DNA of 64,000 nt from Eledone cirrhosa (taxonomy: Eukaryota). Where the stretch lies: positions 95,728,001-95,792,000 of the forward strand of contig OZ024740.1 in assembly GCA_964016885.1 (NCBI GenBank), written 5' to 3'. Position 1 is the stretch's first letter. Each line of letters opens with the position of its first letter. A model generated the notes under the pieces. The model saw only the letters and a program-made list of their open reading frames with translations, searched no databases and was not told the DNA's origin. This document shows, piece by piece, positions 57,280 through 64,000 of this stretch. A program made the translations under genes and the position numbers.

Positions 57280-59700
57280 TATTATGTATGAGACATCATT
57301 CAAGACATCAAACCCAGCCCACACCACCGAACTCCACCGATATGCCGGCAGTTCACAATTACTGCAAAAAGTATGCCTTACTCGTAAAAATTGAACAGAA
57401 AAAGAATTCTCCACTTACGTCTGAAAGCAATTACTCTGCCGAATATAGCAATCACAGGAGTACAGCAGAATAAACCACACCAAGATCAAGCAATTAAATG
57501 TTATTAAAAAATATATTTTTCCCGATTTATTCAGCAACGGAAATAAACTGGACAGGCGGAAAAATATTACCATTTCCATACAGGCAAACGTTTCATAGTT
57601 CGGAATAGATTTATCAACTACAATTAATCGTCTTTGAACAAGAAGGGTTGAGTCCGTACGAACATATACATGGGTACACAAATAAATCGATCCAAGTCAG
57701 AAATCTGCTACATTAGTGAAAGCATTTTATGGAACAATTGTATCCAATGGGACATTTTAGTCTGTTACACTTCGATTACCAGAAACCTTCTTCAATATAA
57801 CTGTGTATTACAACTATGAAATTTACGCCATTGATATTGATAAGCTCCACATTTATTACACGCAAAGCGAACGCTGTTTTTCAGGAGGAGAACAGAGTGG
57901 ATATAATTGCCGCTACAACTGGAACGTTTGGCCCTAGCATGGTGTCGTTTGACAAAGTGAACATATGGTGTTTGTTGGCTCATATTTACTCAGCACCCTG
58001 GGAGATGTGTAACAATCCATACACATGGGCCTCTAGAGAGAAGACGACATAGGATTATGCAACAATACGAAAAGTCAGATTAAGAAATGGTATTATAAAA
58101 AAGCTTTAGGCACTTCGATAAAAAATCTCTATAGAGGCAAACTTATTACTTTAAATTCTCTAGGCGTAAGATTATACTTAGAATGTAATTAATGAATGCA
58201 AATAGAAAATTAACATGAATTTCAATGACTTCTATCCAAATATAATGTTAAAAGATGTAATCAACAACTTAGGTAGCGGCATATCATACTTCTAATCTAG
58301 GAAATATTAGAAAATGGGAGATAGATAGAAGCAAAATAGAGTTTATGGGCGGTCATATTTGCATCAGTTACTGATTTGGGTAATTTTAAAACCTTTTGGA
58401 AGATTAGGCACTTTAAGAAGTACCCTGAACTTTGGTTAGATGGAGGCAGCAATATATTATTCGAAAAATACCCTTTTCCCTAATGCCTGGTGTGAATTGA
58501 GATATACTCTAGTTTGAATTGAAATATATTATTGCAGGTTATTTAAGGGCTTTTTTTGTGTTAGCCAAAAGTTAGCAAGTCTAGGTCTAACGATATAATG
58601 AAATGGGATGCGCCGACTGTTTGAGAGCACAGGACCAGCCACGTGGTTACCATTGTATCCAAATTCAAGGAAAACCTTAACAGCATGAGAGGTTGAAAGG
58701 GAGTGTGATGGATTTTCTTCAGCTCGGTGGTCTTCGCTTCAGCTATTAAATTAAGCGAATGAAATCGTATCTGTTTGGCCACATATAAGAGGGATATACC
58801 CTGATTCACAGACATTTCAATCGGACAATGTAGAAGGTGTACAAATATGATATGGAGAAATGTCTACCTGCATGCACTAGTGGTACAAAATTACTCGAAA
58901 AGTCACTTCAAAGATAGTAATAATGCCGAATGCTAAGGCACTCTATTAATTTGAGGATATGCTGGAATTCAACTTTGGATTGACAAATAAAATAGTTTCG
59001 TTGATCAACCTCCAACTTCGAAATTAAGTGTTCAACCTTCACGCCTGCTAACTGGAAAGCCTCATTTCTTCTCACTGATGAATAATGAATCCTTACGAGG
59101 TGGGAAAACTACATTGCTATATCCGGTAACGACCAACATTTCTAATGCAAAAGAATTGTAGCAAGGGCGAGGTATAATTTCTAGCGACTTACAAAGAAAT
59201 GTAGTCTAATACCGTGCTCAAGTTAGCTGACGAACAATCATATTTCCGCTTCCATCCATGGACGTAGGACAGATGGCCAAACATTTACGCAATTGTATGA
59301 CTTCATGAAATCATGAGAATATTGCCAGCTGTTGCATGTTCCATTCTTGGTCATCTGAAAGGCATAGGATTACATTACACCAGAGAGATGTGGGAAGTCC
59401 AGCCGCTGTATGGTATCAAAATACAGACCCTGTTGTCTAGAAATCTCCAGATTCTTTAGTTTTTTTCGGATAAATTGTGCTAAATCCAAACTACTAAATG
59501 TGGTTTTGTACCTCTTCATAATTTCTATAAATATAATTAGCATACCCAATGGAGCTGGACGTTGTATAAAACCCGCAGGAGTACGATCGGTTGACAAGAA
59601 ATATGCAGAAAAGTTTGTGTCATTTGACTGGCCAGAATGTGATTTACATCATTAACTGGAATGGTTTGTGTCTCATACGGTAAGACAGAAATAAAAACCA
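57280..59700 (+). mobile_element. Heavily decayed non-LTR retrotransposon (possible ORF1 knuckle remnants and RT N-terminus)
   Basis: GRRTDGQTF, GKSSR..SKYRPCCL and FVSFD resemble RT motifs PGPDG, YRPISL and FxD in the right order; ERCFS near 57870. Confidence 0.4.
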
Positions 59701-59881
59701 GCATTGCGAAGACTGGCGCGCAAAGCCATCAGAGGTCGCACCTGGATGTAGACGAAGAAGTAGGTGAATGCATAAAATGCTTGATCTCCGTTGGTCTTAC
59801 TTCAGGAAATAGGTGGTTGACAAGCAGGCTTTTTCCATCCGATAGACGTTCCGGATGTCAAGCCACGACACTCCCAGGAAT

Positions 59882-59922
<41 letters not shown>

Positions 59923-59942
59923 ACACATATATATATATATAT

Positions 59943-60721
59943 ATATAGATAATTTAATATATCAACTAACATAAGCGCACAGATGCACGCCCATGCTAGC
60001 AAATACACAGGTTATGTCATAGTACCTAGGTGGTTCAATGCAGGAGAATGCAGAACAATAATATAAAAGACGTAAAATAAGAAAATATTTTCCAAAAAAA
60101 TTTAAAAAAAATATTTTACTTACTTACTTAAATTTTCACTCCAACTAATTAGTTTCTGCAATGGGATAAAGACAGTTACGTAATCCAACTGTCGAGAATT
60201 CATTGCGTCATCAGGGAGTCTATTCTCAGTTAAGTCTCCAGGCAATGCGCGGACACTGGCGGCTCATATAAAAATAATAATAATTCGGTAGATCGAACAG
60301 CTGGCGAGGACTGGATTCTATGCACCGAAATTCTCACTGCTTCAGGTCAAATGGCCGATTCTAAAGAATCAATCACGTGACACAGAGGCTAGTTAGAAGG
60401 AATGAGATGGTAAGATGACTGACGCCTACTAACACCCCAAACAAATTTTTTTAGAAGTGGTTTTGGCAAGTTTGCTCGACAAATCAGTGATTTGGAGATA
60501 AATATAGATAATTTAATATATCAACTAACATAAGCGCACAGATGCACGCCCATGCCAGCAAATACACAGGTTATGTCATAGTACCTAGGTGGTTCAATGC
60601 AGGAGAATGCAGAACAATAATATAAAAGACGTAAAATAAGAAAATATTTTCCAAAAAAATTTAAAAAGAATTTTTTACTTACTTACTTAAATTTTTGTTC
60701 TGCATTCTCCTGCATTGAACC
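59943..60721 (-). mobile_element. ORF-less 559 bp monomer with ~190 bp direct repeats, an HHR and a 27 bp inverted head
   Basis: 59943..60136 repeated at 60502..60695; 60695..60721 is an inverted piece of the repeat. Confidence 0.85.
60138..60219 (-). ncRNA. Type I hammerhead ribozyme with long two-helix stem II
   Basis: ACTCC-CTGATGA-C-GCAATG..GACAGTT..AACTGTC..CATTGC-A-GAAA-CTAATTAG-TT-GGAGT. Confidence 0.88.
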
Positions 60722-60750
60722 GCTGTTTTTATTCCCGTCCAAATGTTCAC

Positions 60751-60830
<80 letters not shown>

Positions 60831-60833
<3 letters not shown>

Positions 60834-61290
60834 TTAATATAGAATAGCTTCTACATGACTAGAACTGTTTCATTTGTGAGAAATCACTAGGAAGCTGGCT
60901 GTCCAAGTAAAGGGTAGTATTTATCTCTAACCTTATCTGGTGGTACGAGAGGGCGGGGATTGGGATGGGTGTAGGTCATATGTTGAAGGATTTAAAATCT
61001 AATTCTTTAAAGCTATAATATTAACAAAGGCAGAAAGAATACTGTAAACAAGTTCAAAATTGGAATACCACTCCTTGTTTATCTCTTGAAGAAACAATGC
61101 GTGTCGGACAGGGGTCTACAGGATGGGTGGGAATCAATGGTTTAAAGAAAAGGCAAATTCTTTAGAGGGTAATTCTTTAAGGCTGAAATAAGGGTGTTCA
61201 AAGGCAGAAAAGATTCCATCATCTGATTCAACTGTTGGGGTTAACGCCCAATAGTGAAGTTTCTCTTAATATATATTCCAGGTGTCCACA
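60831..61290 (-). mobile_element. Probable PLE 3' end with decayed HHR at 60846..60896 (related fragment at 7106..7132)
   Basis: AGCTTC-CTAGTGA-TTTCTCACAAAT-GAAA-CAGTTCTAGTCATG-TA-GAAGCT; core departs from CTGATGA. Confidence 0.6.
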
Positions 61291-61584
61291 AACACATTCA
61301 CACACGCGCGCCCACTTACACACATACACACACTTACACGCGCACACAGATGTAGGCACACACCAAACAAACATACATAATGGTACATACACCCATACAT
61401 ACAAATACATACATACACATATACATATATATGTGTACATACATACGCATACATATACATATATATATACATATATATATATATATACATCATAAATCAT
61501 GTCTTTAGAATCATCAGATAACATATATACTATTTCTTCTTCTAATTAGCATAATTCACCATATAGTTTGTCTCCTGATAGTTT

Positions 61585-61661
61585 GTCTCCTGATGAATCC
61601 TAACTCAGGACATTCCTATTATTTGGATGTCTAAAAATACGGATGAAACCATGGTAGAGAT
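61585..61661 (+). ncRNA. Type I hammerhead ribozyme
   Basis: GTCTC-CTGATGA-ATCC..GACATTCC..GGATGTC..GGAT-GAAA-CCATGG-TA-GAGAT. Confidence 0.9.
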
Positions 61662-62241
61662 AAATTACGGTATGTACGCATTTCTTCTAAGTTTAATTTT
61701 ACACCTAATTGTGTATGTTTGATGATATATTTAGTCAGTTTCTACATGCTGTCGAAATATTGGATAAATACTCGATTGGGGCCACCGCGAAGAGGCTACG
61801 TTCGGTTATTTGTAGGAGATTTCTCCATAAGAGCCTTTCTTCTTATTGGTTGATCTAATTGATTTTTTATATGGTTAATTATGCTAATTAGAAGAAGAAA
61901 TAGTATATATTTTATCTGATGATTCGAAATACATGATTTATGATATATTGCTCTGATTTTTTAATTTACTAATTCTTCATAGAGCTTAAAAGTGACCAGT
62001 TGCAACATATATATATCTATAACTTTGTGTATATGTTAACCTTTATATTTAATAATCTCCCGATAGGTTGAGATTAAATTTGGCGATATGTGGCTGCGCT
62101 TTCTAGCAGCAGGCCTACCCGCCGTAAGCAACCAATCACATTATTTCTGGCTTGACCAAAGCCACATAGCGATTCTTAGCCATTTTTTAATCTATTTTTG
62201 GCGGGATCGGATTGAAAAACTAGATTTCTGATTTTGAGTTT

Positions 62242-62318
62242 GTCTCCTGATGAATCCAAACTCAGGACATTCCTATTATTTGGATGTCTAAAAATAGGGA
62301 TGAAACCATGGTAGAGAT
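62242..62318 (+). ncRNA. Type I hammerhead ribozyme (second tandem copy)
   Basis: Same core and stems as 61585..61661; the differences fall in unpaired parts of stem II. Confidence 0.9.
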
Positions 62319-62706
62319 ATAATTACGGAATGTACGCATTTCTTCTAAGTTTAATTGTACACCTAATTGTGTATGTTTGATGATATATTTAGTCAGTTTC
62401 TACATGCTGCGAAATGTTGGATAAATACTCGATTGGGGCGACCGAGAAGAGGCTACGTTCGGTTATTTGTCGGAGATTTCTCCATAAGAGCCTTCTTCTT
62501 ATAGGTTGATCTAATTGATTTTTATATGGTTAATTATGCTAATTAGAAGAATAAATAGTATGTATTTTATCTGATGATTCTAAAGACATGATTTATGATA
62601 TATTGCTCTGATTTTTTAATTTATTAATTCTTCATAGAGTTTAAAAGTGACCAGTTATACATATCTATAACTTATACATCTATAACTTTATGTATATGTT
62701 AACCTT

Positions 62707-62761
<55 letters not shown>

Positions 62762-62766
62762 GTCCA

Positions 62767-62818
<52 letters not shown>

Positions 62819-62951
62819 TATACACATACACAGATATATACACATACATACACATTTACACTCATACATATACATATACATACATATACACATATATTCA
62901 TATATGTACATACATATACACATACATATACACATATATATACACACACAT

Positions 62952-63022
<71 letters not shown>

Positions 63023-63092
63023 CATATACACGCACACACACACATATGTGTATACATATATATATACACATATAACTGAAGTCGTAGACTAA

Positions 63093-64000
63093 AATTCTAT
63101 TTGGATTAAAAATCTAATAGTACCCCATTCGACGTGAGTATGAGCGCCAGCGATTCCGCGGAGGTTACGGATTTTATTGGCCTTTTCCTTATTTTCTCTA
63201 TGAAGGAAAAATTCCCCAACGTGGGCGGTAGTTTGTACCGTGATTATGGTCTTTTGCACATGACCACAGCGGCCCACTTACTTGCGACAGGTTCAGAACA
63301 GAACTCACAGCCTTTAAAGATTTCAGCCGCTCCATACAGGTTGAGACCAACCTCTATGTTGTTAATTACCTCGACGTTATCCTCAATTTATCGAATGGGT
63401 TGCATTAACCCTATAGAATGGCGAATGATACGCTTAATTACACAAGTAACCATTCTAGCCATCCTGCCAGCATATCCAAAAACTTGGTAAGAAACGTTTA
63501 TTTGAGGCTTTCCCCTCTATCAACAAACGAGCATATTTTCAACGACCATTCCACATATGACAATGAAGCTCATGCTCGCAGTGGATTTGTCGATAAAGTA
63601 GCATATAGAGATTTCGAGAATAGACCGAGGAAAAATAGATCCAGATGCATTATGTGGTATAACCCATAATATAATATGAAGGTGACCATACCTTGAGGTA
63701 AGATCTTTCTCTCCCTTATTATGAAGCATTTCCCTCCAGAACATAAATATAGTAATTTTTTTAATAGAAATACCATTAAAATGTCTTACTCTACGACTCC
63801 TAACCTTGCACATAACATCACAGCTTCAAATTTAGCTAAATTACCTAGCGGTACGAACACGTGCAGCCCTGTAGCTAGTACTAACTGTAATCGTAGCAGT
63901 CGGGTTGATTGCCCCCTATCCGGGAAATGCCTCTAGTAACATTGTCTACAAATGCAAGATTGAAACACCCACGTCCCGTAGGGCCTACATAGGGTTAACC
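63093..64000 (+). mobile_element. Naiad-like PLE fragment (same family as 48765..52580), running off the window
   Basis: DSAEVTDFIGLF, GSLYRDYGL, SSHP, IMWYNP, FNRNTIKMSYS and CPLSGKCL motifs. Confidence 0.92.

Larger units (their letters stand above)
61489..62711 (+). mobile_element. ORF-less 657 bp tandem element (~1.7 units) with an HHR per unit and an inverted head
   Basis: 61580..62048 repeated at 62237..62711; 61489..61565 is the reverse complement of ~61868..61945. Confidence 0.88.

Noticed and set aside
59200-59620. Helitron Rep/helicase-like words on the minus strand (LSDDQEW...QLRK)
   Set aside because: The match is short, no PIF1 motifs follow, and plus-strand RT-like motifs explain the region at least as well.
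61915-61945. Second hammerhead-like CTGATGA-TTC-GAAA in the 657 bp unit
   Set aside because: There is no stem II, and the other two copies read TTCTAAAG rather than TTCGAAAT.

Overview
AT-rich, microsatellite-dense eukaryotic DNA with no recognisable host gene; the SINEs and repeat landscape suggest a cephalopod such as octopus (inference). Nearly all interpretable sequence is mobile DNA. It includes at least three groups of Penelope-like retroelements (PLEs: RT plus GIY-YIG, all disrupted), decayed RTE, RTE-X-like, CRE and Dong/R4 LINE pieces, tRNA-derived SINEs, a non-autonomous Helitron, a hAT MITE and foldback elements. Reading both strands by eye gave about 20 type I hammerhead ribozyme (HHR) motifs from roughly 10 sequence families. 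Several lie in elements with no ORF: 434-657 bp tandem monomers, a 310 bp hairpin and a 3.7 kb palindrome. Most of these share the 5'-inversion and (TA)n-flank architecture of the coding PLEs. All HHR folds are manual; no database search or folding program was run, so novelty is unverified.
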